Of a DNA stretch of 64,000 nt, positions 18,749-28,021 are shown piece after piece. The stretch spans positions 2,208,001-2,272,000 of the forward strand of contig CBDETY010000003.1 in assembly GCA_965243025.1 (NCBI GenBank), given 5' to 3'. Position 1 is the first letter of the stretch, and each line of letters opens with the position of its first letter. The notes under the pieces are model-generated. The model did not search any database. It saw only the letters and a program-made list of their open reading frames with translations, and was not told the DNA's origin. Source of the stretch: Candidatus Latescibacterota bacterium (GTDB lineage Bacteria; Latescibacterota; UBA2968; UBA8231). The translations under genes and the position numbers were made by a program.

Positions 18749-19341
18749 CAGGCGCCCCGGTCCATGATGCCGCCGACGCTGTTGGCCGAGCGCGCCGGGT
18801 AGTCGGGGTAGGCGATGCCGAGGAACATCCCGACCTTGGCGTCCCTGACCGTGTAGATGTGCTCGCCGTCGACGAGCACCCTGGCGCTGCCGATGGCGAC
18901 CGCCGAACCGGACTCCTTCAGCTGCGAGAAGCGGCGGATGTCGACCTCGTAGCGCACCACCTCGTTCCAGGGGCGTATCTGGCCGGCGAACTCGACCTCC
19001 TTGCAGCCGAGGGCCCGCCCCGAGCCCGGGGCGCCGTTGGCGGCGATGTAGAGCCCGACGAGCTGCCAGATCGCGTCGACTCCGAGACACCCGGGCTGCA
19101 CCGGATCGCCGCGGAAATGGCAGTGAAAGAACCAGTCGGCGACGCTGATGTCCTGTTCCCCGACGATGCGCCCGCGCGGCCCCCGGCGGTCGAGCTCGAC
19201 GACGCGGGAGATCATCAGCATCGGCGGCGCCGGCAGGCGGATGAACTCGTCCGGCGGATCCTCGACCAGGGTGCCCTGCGAGATGCCGAGCAGCTCTTCC
19301 GGGGTGAAGTGGCCGCGCTCGATGAACTCGGAGTAGCGCAT
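18748..19341 (-). CDS. fabA: 3-hydroxydecanoyl-ACP dehydratase/isomerase FabA
   Basis: ATG at 19341; LPAPPMLM, WFFHCHFRGDPVQPGCLGVDAIWQLVG (His/Asp dyad), GRALG..EVEFAGQI. Confidence 0.88.
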   Translation of the reverse strand: MRYSEFIERGHFTPEELLGISQGTLVEDPPDEFIRLPAPPMLMISRVVELDRRGPRGRIVGEQDISVADWFFHCHFRGDPVQPGCLGVDAIWQLVGLYIAANGAPGSGRALGCKEVEFAGQIRPWNEVVRYEVDIRRFSQLKESGSAVAIGSARVLVDGEHIYTVRDAKVGMFLGIAYPDYPARSANSVGGIMDRGA

Positions 19342-19343
19342 CC

Positions 19344-20339
19344 TCAGGAGACCTCGATTCGCAGGCTCGACCATGTGAGACCGGACCCGACCACGGCGAG
19401 GACGACGCTGTCGCCGGATCGCAGCTCCTCCCAGCGCTGGGAGAGCACCACCGGCGCCCCGGCGGCCCCGGTGTTGCCGAACTCGGCGACGTTGTGCCAG
19501 TGCGAGTCGCCGTCGACGCCCGCCCGGCTGGCGACCCCCTGCAGCATCAGCAGGTTGGCCTGGTGGCCGATGAACCGCAGCGCCCCGCCGCCGGCTTCGG
19601 CGTGCCTGCGCGCCTCGGGAAGCATCTCCCTGACCAGGGAGATCGTCGTCTTGATGGCGAAGCGCTGCACGGCGTTCCCCTCCTGGAAGAAGTGGCCGTG
19701 GCGCGGGATGCGCACCGCGTCCCAGCGCTTCGAGTCGGCCCCCAGGGTGCTGGCGACCACCCGGGCCGGGGCCGGCTCCCGGGCCGACAGCACCGCGGCG
19801 CTGGTGCCGTCCCCCCAGAGCACGGCGTTGGCGCGGTCGGAGTAGTCGATCGCCCGCGTCGTGTTCTCGGGGTTGACGACGAGGACGAAGCGCGGCAGCC
19901 CCTCCATCGAGCTCAGCATGTGCAGCTGCGCCCCGAAGCTGCAGCAGGCGGAGTTGATGTCGATCCCCGGGGCGTCGATGTCGGCGGCCGCGGCGACGCG
20001 GCTGGCGTCGGCCGGGATCGCCATGTCGGGATAGCATCCTCCCGCAACCACCAGGCCGATCTCGGAGGCGGCGACGCCGGCGCGCTCGAGGGCCATGGCC
20101 GCGGCCCGGGCGGCGGTGTCGGCGTTGTCGTACAGGGCGGCCTCCCCGGCGCCGCGGGGGTCGCGGTTGTAGGTGCTGCGGATGTAGTCGAGGGGCAGCA
20201 CCGTGCGCCGCCGGCGAATCCCCACGCGCTCGAGGATCCACTCGTCGCTGGTGCCGATGTCGAGATCCTCGAGAAAGCCGTTGTCGATGACGTTCTCGGG
20301 ATGGAAGTGACCCATGCCGTGCAGGTACAGGGAAGCCAA
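19344..20339 (-). CDS. fabH: Ketoacyl-ACP synthase III (FabH-like)
   Basis: TSDEWILERVGIRRRR, SACCSF (Cys), WGDG, FIGHQAN (His), GNTGAA (Asn). Confidence 0.88.
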   Translation of the reverse strand: MASLYLHGMGHFHPENVIDNGFLEDLDIGTSDEWILERVGIRRRRTVLPLDYIRSTYNRDPRGAGEAALYDNADTAARAAAMALERAGVAASEIGLVVAGGCYPDMAIPADASRVAAAADIDAPGIDINSACCSFGAQLHMLSSMEGLPRFVLVVNPENTTRAIDYSDRANAVLWGDGTSAAVLSAREPAPARVVASTLGADSKRWDAVRIPRHGHFFQEGNAVQRFAIKTTISLVREMLPEARRHAEAGGGALRFIGHQANLLMLQGVASRAGVDGDSHWHNVAEFGNTGAAGAPVVLSQRWEELRSGDSVVLAVVGSGLTWSSLRIEVS

Positions 20340-20342
20340 CGA

Positions 20343-21296
20343 TCAGCCTGCGATATGCTCGCCGCCGTCGACGCGGACGATGGTGCCGTTGATCCAGCGC
20401 GCCTCGTCCGTGCTCAGCAGGAAGATGACGTCGGCCACCTCCGCGGCCGTGGTCAGCCGGCCGAAGGGGTTGCGCAGGGACGCGGAGGCCTTCAGGTGTT
20501 CGCTGCCGGGAATCAGCCGCAGGGCGGCCGAGTCGGTCACCCCGGCCTGGACGACGTTGGAGCGGACGCCGTGGGGGGCGTACTCGGCGGCGATGGCGCG
20601 GCTCACCGACTCGAGCGCCACCTTGGCCGCGGCGACCGCGGCGTAGCCGCGCCAGGCGACCTCGTTCCCCTCGCTCGTCATCGCCAGCACGCGCGCGTCC
20701 TCCGCGAACAGGCCGGCCTCGAACACCTCCCGGGTCCAGGTGGCCAGGCTCGTCCCCATGCTGTACACGGTGCGCTCGAAATCCTCGTCCTCGAGCACCG
20801 CCTTCGCGTCGTACGGAGGCGGGCTGGCGAGGTGGACGAGGCTCCTGCCGGTGTCCCCTGAAAAGACCGCGTCGACCGCCTCGGCAAGCGCCTCCGGGTC
20901 GATGCCGAGCCGTTCGGCCAGCACCCGCCGGTCCTGCTCACCCCGGCCCCCGAAGGAGTCGGCGAGCGGGGCGATGAGACGCAGGTTGCCGAAGGCTATC
21001 GAGTGCAGCATGGTGCGCACCCGGCCGCGGCCTCCCAGGCGCTCCTTCAGAGCCCCGATCACGGTATCGCGGCCCTCCTGCGACAGGGCGTCGAGGTTGA
21101 AGGAAAGGAAATCTCCGTCGGACCGGCGGATCGCCTCGAACTCCGGCTCGATCCCCTTCATGGCGCCGCGCCGGTCGCGGTGCACGACGGCGACACTCAT
21201 CCCGTGGCGGGCGAGCTTCCTGGCGGCAGCGAGGCCGAAGCCGCTGGAACCTCCGAGGATCAGCGCCCACTGGTCGGTGTCGAAACGGATGCTCAA
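20343..21296 (-). CDS. SDR enoyl-ACP reductase (FabL/FabI-like) with an internal insertion
   Basis: Probable TTG start at 21296; ALILGGSSGFG, Yx6K motif YAAVAAAK, WINGTIVRVDGG. Confidence 0.8.
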   Translation of the reverse strand: MSIRFDTDQWALILGGSSGFGLAAARKLARHGMSVAVVHRDRRGAMKGIEPEFEAIRRSDGDFLSFNLDALSQEGRDTVIGALKERLGGRGRVRTMLHSIAFGNLRLIAPLADSFGGRGEQDRRVLAERLGIDPEALAEAVDAVFSGDTGRSLVHLASPPPYDAKAVLEDEDFERTVYSMGTSLATWTREVFEAGLFAEDARVLAMTSEGNEVAWRGYAAVAAAKVALESVSRAIAAEYAPHGVRSNVVQAGVTDSAALRLIPGSEHLKASASLRNPFGRLTTAAEVADVIFLLSTDEARWINGTIVRVDGGEHIAG

Positions 21297-21497
21297 CGGG
21301 TGGGAATTCTCTCTGGCGGGGTTGATTGGGAAGGGAGAAAATCTGTGGGACCGGGTGGCGACTGTCAAAGCCGGAGCGCCTGTCCGCGGCCCCTGCGGCC
21401 GGGGGCGGGGCGTTGCACCCTCGCAGCGCATGCCGGAGTTTTGCTCCGCTTTTTTCCGCTGTCGCCGGAGGCAGCGGTAACCGCCCGGAAAAACAAC

Positions 21498-22505
21498 ATG
21501 AAGATCACCCGCATCGAGCAGTTCATCACCGCGGTCCCGCACATACCCGAGATCGAGAAGAGCCGCCCGGGAGACTACCGGGAGCGGCCGATCCCCATCA
21601 TCAGGGTGCACACCGACGAGGGGATCGAAGGCATCGGCGAAGGGGGGCGCGGCGAACGGTTCGAGAACCTCGAGGAGTGGATCGGGGTCGACCCGATGGC
21701 CCTCAACCCGACGACGATGGGGGGCGCCTTCGCCATGGCGGTGTTCGACATCGCCGGCAAGGCCCTCGGAGTTCCCGCCAACAAGCTGATGGGGAGCCGG
21801 CACTGGGACGAGGTCCCGGTCGGCTGGTGGTCCCCGCCGCTCGAGCCGGCGGAGTTCGCCGCCATGGCCGAGACCGGGGCCCGGCTCGGGTACAGGACCC
21901 ACAAGCTCAAGGCGCGGCCCTGGAACATCGTCGAGACCGTCGAGCTGATGACCGCGGCCGCCGGCCCCGACTACGCCATCATCGTCGATCCCAACATGAC
22001 CTTCGAGACCCTGCACGCCACCCTGCGCATCGCCGACCAGCTCGAGCGCTACAACATCCAGGCTTTCGAGGACCCCTTTCCCAGGCTTCCCGGCTGGCAC
22101 CAGTACCGCGACTTCCGCCGCCACTCCACCATCCCGCTGGCCCCCCATATCGCCGATCCCCAGCTGATCATGAGCGCCATCCGGGCGGAGGCGGCCGACA
22201 TGTTCAACACCGCCGGAGAGGTGGAGCGCGCCAAGGGGAACGCCGCCATCGCCGAGGCCGCGGGCATGCCGGTCTGGCTGCAGGTGGTCGGGCTCGGACT
22301 GGGGGTCTCGGGCGCCTACGGAACGCACGTGCACTCGGTGATCCCGAACGCGACGATCCCTTCTGACAGCCTCCACTTCACCCGGGAGAACGACCTGATC
22401 TCCGGGGCCCTGACGCCGAAGAACGGGCTCGTCAAGGTCCCCGAAACCCCGGGCCTGGGGGTCGAGCTCGACATGGAGGCGGTCGGGAAGTACCGGGTCG
22501 GCTGA
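21498..22505 (+). CDS. Mandelate racemase/muconate lactonizing enzyme family protein
   Basis: MKITRIE, TDEGIEGIGE, DIAGKALGVP, HKLK, VDPN, FEDP, PGLGVELD. Confidence 0.88.
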   Translation: MKITRIEQFITAVPHIPEIEKSRPGDYRERPIPIIRVHTDEGIEGIGEGGRGERFENLEEWIGVDPMALNPTTMGGAFAMAVFDIAGKALGVPANKLMGSRHWDEVPVGWWSPPLEPAEFAAMAETGARLGYRTHKLKARPWNIVETVELMTAAAGPDYAIIVDPNMTFETLHATLRIADQLERYNIQAFEDPFPRLPGWHQYRDFRRHSTIPLAPHIADPQLIMSAIRAEAADMFNTAGEVERAKGNAAIAEAAGMPVWLQVVGLGLGVSGAYGTHVHSVIPNATIPSDSLHFTRENDLISGALTPKNGLVKVPETPGLGVELDMEAVGKYRVG

Positions 22506-22525
22506 CGCGGTCAGGAGAGGAGTCG

Positions 22526-23800
22526 ATGGAAGAGTCGAGACGGCAGCAGTTCTTCGAGGAGGGGTACCTCGTCATCCGCGAGGCCGTGCCCCCGGAGCGG
22601 CTGGCCGGGCTGCGCCTGTCCGCCGAGCTGATGGTCGACCGCAGCAAGGCGCTTTCGGCGGCGGCGCGCGACGGCGGCCCGCCGGGCGGCGACTGGTACG
22701 AGAAGGTGCAGCCGCGCGTCGAGATCGACGACGCTGTCGAGCCCGAGACCGCCGGTCTGGTCGATTTCCTGCTCGGGCCGACGGTCCGGGGCGTGAGCCA
22801 GGAGCTGATGGGGGCCCCGGAAACCGCCATCACCGGCATGCAGATCACCTGCAGCGGCCTGATCGACTACGGGTACACCGACTGGCACCGCGACTCGAGC
22901 GCCCGCGAGCAGGCGCCGCTGTGCGGCCTGCAGGACGACCTGATGGCGAACGGGCCCGGGTACGTGCAGTGGAACATCCCCCTCTACGACGACGACGTCT
23001 TCTGGCTGGTGCCGGGCAGCCACCGGCAGCCGACCGACGAGGAGCAGCGGCGGCAGCTGCTGACCGACCCCACCTCGCGGCTCAGGGACGGCATCCCGAT
23101 GGACCTGAAGGCCGGCGACGGCGTCGTCTACCCCAACGTCGTCATGCACTGGGGCAGCTTCTACTCCAGCCGGCTGCGGCGCACCCTGCACCTCGGGTTC
23201 CGCTCCTTCGGCAGCGGCATCTTTCCCTACGCCCACTTCACCCACTGGGACATGGGCCTGGGGTTCACCAGGCACCTGTCGCCGCAGGCGCGCGCCTACT
23301 TCGAGCGCACCGTCGAGCTGTTCGACCGCGAGGGGGACGAGATCGAGCGCACCTTGCGGGCGGTGATCGACGGCGACGGCGGCCGCTTTCGCGAACAGGT
23401 CGCCATCCTGCACCCGGGGTCCGAGGGGCGCATGACCACGGTGGTCCTGCTCTGCCGCATCGCCGAGAAGATCGCCCTTGCGCACAGCCCGGAGGTCGCC
23501 GCGCTGCCGGAGGAGGAGCGCAACCGCGCCCTCTCCGGCCCCTCGGATGGGCATTACTACGGCGGTCTGGCACGGCGCTTCACCGACCCCGAGGCCGCCG
23601 CGCTCGAGAAGCGGTTCGCCGTGCTGACGGGGCGGCTCGAACAGGACGCGGCAGCCGTGCACAAACGCTACCTCGCCGTGCACGAGGAGCTGAAACCAGG
23701 GGCGGAAAGCCCCCCGGACTTCGAATCGCGGCCGCTGCGGCAGTTCCACTGCGACATGCCGGAGGGGTTCGGCATCGACGAGTTCGTCGAAAGCTGGTAG
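22526..23800 (+). CDS. Phytanoyl-CoA dioxygenase (PhyH) family protein with a long C-terminal extension
   Basis: QFFEEGYLVI, WHRD, VPGSH, LKAGDGV, HWG (HxD...H triad). Confidence 0.85.
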   Translation: MEESRRQQFFEEGYLVIREAVPPERLAGLRLSAELMVDRSKALSAAARDGGPPGGDWYEKVQPRVEIDDAVEPETAGLVDFLLGPTVRGVSQELMGAPETAITGMQITCSGLIDYGYTDWHRDSSAREQAPLCGLQDDLMANGPGYVQWNIPLYDDDVFWLVPGSHRQPTDEEQRRQLLTDPTSRLRDGIPMDLKAGDGVVYPNVVMHWGSFYSSRLRRTLHLGFRSFGSGIFPYAHFTHWDMGLGFTRHLSPQARAYFERTVELFDREGDEIERTLRAVIDGDGGRFREQVAILHPGSEGRMTTVVLLCRIAEKIALAHSPEVAALPEEERNRALSGPSDGHYYGGLARRFTDPEAAALEKRFAVLTGRLEQDAAAVHKRYLAVHEELKPGAESPPDFESRPLRQFHCDMPEGFGIDEFVESW

Positions 23801-23902
23801 GAAACGGAGGCGGATCCCCGGGTTGCGTGAACTGCCCGTGCCGCCGGCGGGGGCCACCCCCCGCTGCAGAACCGGCCCCGGTTGCCGGGGCGGAGGTGAG
23901 GA

Positions 23903-24697
23903 ATGGATGAAATGCAGAAATACCTGTTCGACCTGAACGGGTACCTCGTCATCGAGGACGTGCTCGACCCAGCCGGGCTCGCCGTCCTCAACCGCATCAT
24001 CGACGGCCTGGAGATCCCTCCCGATTCCCTCCGCGTCTCCTATGCGGGGGGCCGGCACACCCGCCCCGGGTTCCTCGACTGGGGACAGCCGTTCGTCGAC
24101 CTCCTCGACCACCCCGACGTCATGCCGGTCCTGCGCTTCCGGCTCGGGGACTGCTTCCGGCTCGACAGGCTCTACAGCATCGTCATGAGCCCCGGGCAGC
24201 CGATGGGAAAGCTGCATTCCGACTACGGCGCCTCGTCGCCGCTGGCCGCTTCGGTTCCGGGCGAGTACTACTCCTTCCCCCTCAACGAGGTCCACAGCGG
24301 CTTCGTAGTCGTCTCCTGGAACCTCACCGACTCGGGGCCGGAACACGGCGGTTTCTGCTGCCTTCCCGGCAGCCACAAGAGCAACTACAGGCTGCCGGGG
24401 CAGATCGCCGAGGAGGGGGAGGACTCCCCCCACGTCCTCATCCCCGAAGCGCCTGCCGGATCGGTCACCCTGTTCACCGAGGCCCTCACCCACGGCACCT
24501 CGGCCTGGCGCGGCCCCCACCAGCGCCGCACCCTGCTGTTCAAGTACTGCGTGTCGCAGATGGCATGGGGGAGCGGCCGCGTCCGGGCCCCCGAGGGCTG
24601 CGAGCTGACACCGCGCCAGCGGCAGCTGCTCGCCGAACCGGCCGACCCGCACAGGTTCTTCCCCTCCCTGTTCGCAGAGGAGGAAACAACCGCATGA
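23903..24697 (+). CDS. Phytanoyl-CoA dioxygenase (PhyH) family protein
   Basis: YLFDLNGYLVIE, LHSD, LPGSHKSN, FTEALTHG, RRTLLFKY. Confidence 0.88.
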   Translation: MDEMQKYLFDLNGYLVIEDVLDPAGLAVLNRIIDGLEIPPDSLRVSYAGGRHTRPGFLDWGQPFVDLLDHPDVMPVLRFRLGDCFRLDRLYSIVMSPGQPMGKLHSDYGASSPLAASVPGEYYSFPLNEVHSGFVVVSWNLTDSGPEHGGFCCLPGSHKSNYRLPGQIAEEGEDSPHVLIPEAPAGSVTLFTEALTHGTSAWRGPHQRRTLLFKYCVSQMAWGSGRVRAPEGCELTPRQRQLLAEPADPHRFFPSLFAEEETTA

Positions 24698-25176
24698 ACC
24701 TCGCCGATCTCGGGGCCGCCGCGGGAGCCCTGCTCAAAGAGCGCGGCCGAACCGTCGCCGTGGCCGAGTCCTCCGCCGGAGGGGTGATATCCGCGGCCCT
24801 GCTGGCCGTGCCGGGGGCCTCGGCCTATTTCAAGGGAGGAGGCGTCGTCTACACCGGCGCTTCCAAGCAGACCCTGACGGCGGTCCCGGACGAGGCCATG
24901 GCGGAGGCGCGGGCAGCCACCGAAACGCACGCCCTCCACCTCGCCCGCGCCGCCAGGCGGCGGCTCGGAACCGACTGGGGCATCGGGGAGACCGGGGCGG
25001 CCGGGCCTTCCGGCAACCGCTACGGCGACCCTCCGGGGCATACCTGCATCGCCGTCTCCGGGCCGCTGGAGAAGGCCGTCACCCTGGCGACCGGCAGCGA
25101 CCGCCGCGAGGAGAACATGTGGGCGTTCGCCAAAGCCGCTCTCGACCTGCTCGCCGAGTGTCTAGGCCAGGAGTGA
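24694..25176 (+). CDS. CinA C-terminal domain protein / NMN deamidase (PncC-like)
   Basis: ATG at 24694 (ATGA overlap); VAVAESSAGG, PGASAYF.GG.VVY...K, ETGAAGP. Confidence 0.85.
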   Translation: MNLADLGAAAGALLKERGRTVAVAESSAGGVISAALLAVPGASAYFKGGGVVYTGASKQTLTAVPDEAMAEARAATETHALHLARAARRRLGTDWGIGETGAAGPSGNRYGDPPGHTCIAVSGPLEKAVTLATGSDRREENMWAFAKAALDLLAECLGQE

Positions 25177-25476
25177 GAAACGGCGGCCGCCGAGGCTATT
25201 CCCTCACCCGCCGTTCACCCTCGGCATACCCGCATCGACATTCCGCAGGGGGTCCCGGCTTCCGCGCATGAATCCCGCCCGGAAGGGGAAGATCCGGCGT
25301 CCCATCCCGGTACCGGCCCCGGGCAGGACCCTGGAATCCGATGGTTTCCTCTGCAGCGATGCAGTCCGCATCTCTGCATTCCTTTCGCTTGACCCCGCGT
25401 CAGGGCGGTCTTCGTATTTTAATGTCGACACACGATTCCGGCGCCTTTCCGCCCGCACCTTCCACAAGGACCGTCG

Positions 25477-27402
25477 ATGCCCTCCCGCCTCCTCGACCGG
25501 ATCGATGCCCCGAGCGATCTCAGGACGCTTACGTACGAGGAGCTCGCCCAGGTGGCGCAGGAGGCGCGGGACACCATCATCTCCGTCATAAGCGAGCGCG
25601 GCGGCCATCTCGCTTCCAACCTCGGGGTCGTCGAGCTCACCCTGGCCCTGCACCGCGTTTTCGACAGTCCCGCGGACGCCATTGTCTGGGACACAACCAA
25701 CCAGTGCTACACCCACAAGCTGGTGACGGGACGGCGCGACGAGTTCAAGGACATCCGCCTCGAAGGAGGCCTTTCCGGGTTCGGGGAACCGGGCGAAAGC
25801 CCCCACGACACGCTCGCCGCCGGGCACGCCGGAACCGGCCTTTCCATCGCCCTCGGGATCGCGGAAGCCGCGGCGAACCGCAACCTCGACTCCTGGACCA
25901 TCGCCGTGGTCGGAGACGGGGCCATGACCTCCGGCTCGAGCTTCGAGGCGCTCAACAACATCGTTCATCTCAACCCCGGCAGGTTGATCATCGTCCTCAA
26001 CGACAACGGGATGTCGATCTCGGAAAACATCGGCTTCCTCACCAACTGGCGGAAACGCCTGATCACCCATCCCGAATACCACGCCATCACGGGCCGCATC
26101 AGGGAGCTTTCGAAGAAGGTGCCCTCCGGCGAGGGGATCTACCACCTGGTCAAGCGGTTCGGGGACGGCCTCGCCGGCATGATCGTGCCGACGATGTTCT
26201 GGAACGAGATGGGGTTCCAGTACCTCGGCCCGGTGGACGGCCACGACTTCGAGCAGCTCGAGGAGACCTTCCGGCAGGCGATGACGCCCGGGGACTCGGT
26301 GCCCCTGGTCCACGTGGTGACGCACAAGGGACGGGGGTACGAGCCGGCCGAGGACGACCCGGTGAAGTTCCACCAGCCCGGCTCGCCGCTGGCGGACACC
26401 CCGGGTGCGCCCACCTACTCGCAGGTGTTCGCGCGCACCCTCACCCGCCTCATGCGGGAGGACGAGACCGTGGTCGGCATCAGCGCGGCGATGCTGGAGG
26501 GCACGGGCCTCGCCGAGGTCCGGCAGGAGTTTCCCGGCCGCGTCTTCGACGTCGGCATCGCCGAGCAGCACGCCGTCAGCATGGCCGCGGGAATGGCCTC
26601 GAGGGGCCTCAATCCCTTCGTTTCGATCTACTCGACCTTTCTGCAGCGGGCCTTCGACCAGGTAATCCACGACGTCTGCCTGCAGAATCTTCCGGTGACG
26701 CTGATCGCCGACCGCGCCGGCATCGTCGGGGAGGACGGCAAGACCCACCACGGCGCTTTCGACATCTCCTACCTCAGGTGCCTGCCCAACGCCGTGGTCG
26801 CCGCCCCGATGGACGAGAACGACCTGCAGCATCTCCTCTACACCGGCTACCGGCACCGGGGGCCGTTCGCCATCCGCATAGCGAGGGGAGCGGCCGCCGG
26901 GGTTGCTCTCGACGGCGAGCTCGTCGAGCTGCCCCTCGGCAAGGGCCGCGTCGTCATGGAGGGGAGCGACGCCGTGATCTTCGGCCTGGGCAAGGCCGCC
27001 CGCGCCGCGGTGGAAGCCGCAAAGCTGCTGGGCGGGCACGGTGTCTCCTGCGGCGTCGTCAACCCGCTGTTCATCAAGCCGCTCGACGTCGATCTGCTTG
27101 CGGAGGCCGCCCGCGGAACGGGCCGTATCGTCACCGTGGAAGAGAACGTGCTCGCCGGAGGATTCGGCTCGGCGGTGCTCGAGGCGCTTGCCGGGGCGGG
27201 GCTCGACGAGGTGGCCGTGCACCGCATCGGCATGCCGGACTCATTCATCGAGCACGGCAGCGCAGCCGATCAACGGCGCCGGCTGCAGCTCGACGCCGAG
27301 GGCATCGCCCGGCAGGTTCTCGATGCCTTCTTCCCCGAGGCGGAGAAACCGGGACGGCTGAAACTTCTGTTTAAAAGAAAAGCGGGACGCGGAAGGGGTT
27401 GA
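25477..27402 (+). CDS. dxs: 1-deoxy-D-xylulose-5-phosphate synthase
   Basis: GGHLASNLGVVELT, VGDGAMTSG..FEALNN, LNDNGMSI, GPVDGHD, DVGIAEQHAV, IYSTFLQRAFDQ, DGKTHHG. Confidence 0.95.
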   Translation: MPSRLLDRIDAPSDLRTLTYEELAQVAQEARDTIISVISERGGHLASNLGVVELTLALHRVFDSPADAIVWDTTNQCYTHKLVTGRRDEFKDIRLEGGLSGFGEPGESPHDTLAAGHAGTGLSIALGIAEAAANRNLDSWTIAVVGDGAMTSGSSFEALNNIVHLNPGRLIIVLNDNGMSISENIGFLTNWRKRLITHPEYHAITGRIRELSKKVPSGEGIYHLVKRFGDGLAGMIVPTMFWNEMGFQYLGPVDGHDFEQLEETFRQAMTPGDSVPLVHVVTHKGRGYEPAEDDPVKFHQPGSPLADTPGAPTYSQVFARTLTRLMREDETVVGISAAMLEGTGLAEVRQEFPGRVFDVGIAEQHAVSMAAGMASRGLNPFVSIYSTFLQRAFDQVIHDVCLQNLPVTLIADRAGIVGEDGKTHHGAFDISYLRCLPNAVVAAPMDENDLQHLLYTGYRHRGPFAIRIARGAAAGVALDGELVELPLGKGRVVMEGSDAVIFGLGKAARAAVEAAKLLGGHGVSCGVVNPLFIKPLDVDLLAEAARGTGRIVTVEENVLAGGFGSAVLEALAGAGLDEVAVHRIGMPDSFIEHGSAADQRRRLQLDAEGIARQVLDAFFPEAEKPGRLKLLFKRKAGRGRG

Positions 27403-27487
27403 GGAGGAAAGTGGGCGGGGCGCGGCGGAATCGCACCGCCGCGCCCGCATTCGGGACCGCGCCCCCGATGGGGAGGGCGCGGGCAGC

Positions 27488-27721
27488 CTAATGTTCGATG
27501 ACTTCTTCCACCGCGTCGTTGCCGCGGTGGCGGATGCGGTCGACGTACGACTGTCCCTTGTCCCAGGCCTCACCGACTCCGCGGCGCACCGATTCGCGCG
27601 ATTCCCGGCCGGATTTGGGAGCCAGCAACACGCCGGCGGCGAGCCCCACGACCAGTCCCCCGATCGCGCCGGCACCCAGAAGTCCCAGGGAAATCCCCAG
27701 GGTTTTCATGTGGCTGTTCAT
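27488..27721 (-). CDS. YtxH-domain small protein
   Basis: GAIGGLVVGLAAGVLLAPKSGRESRE motif; RBS AGGAGG. Confidence 0.85.
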   Translation of the reverse strand: MNSHMKTLGISLGLLGAGAIGGLVVGLAAGVLLAPKSGRESRESVRRGVGEAWDKGQSYVDRIRHRGNDAVEEVIEH

Positions 27722-27829
27722 CTCGATCCTCCTTTGCGAAAGTAAAGGATCCGTTTTAATGGAAACTATAGCGCCCGGAATACATTGCCCAAAGCATCCA
27801 TATCCCGTGACGCGGTTCGAAGGTCTTCA

Positions 27830-27859
27830 ATGATATAGGGACCCGCGTCGATCCGTCAA
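27830..27859 (-). promoter_or_regulatory. Putative sigma70 promoter for the ytxH-like gene
   Basis: Minus strand TTGACG (27859-54), 18-nt spacer, TATCAT (27835-30), in an AT-rich divergent intergenic region. Confidence 0.5.
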
Positions 27860-28021
27860 TCGATTTATCTCTCGAAAAACCTGCCCTTTCATCAAGGAAT
27901 CATTTTGATGCACCATATGTGCATGTATGAAGAACTGTTGACCCCAACCAATAGTAGCACACCGCACCGTGTGGAGCGGCTGAAGATTTCCTGAAACAGG
28001 TTCCTGCCAGGGAGAAGGAAA

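Noticed and set aside
25389-25423. TTGACC...TATTTT promoter-like signal upstream of dxs
   Set aside because: The spacer is about 20 nt, outside the usual 16-18, so it was not called.
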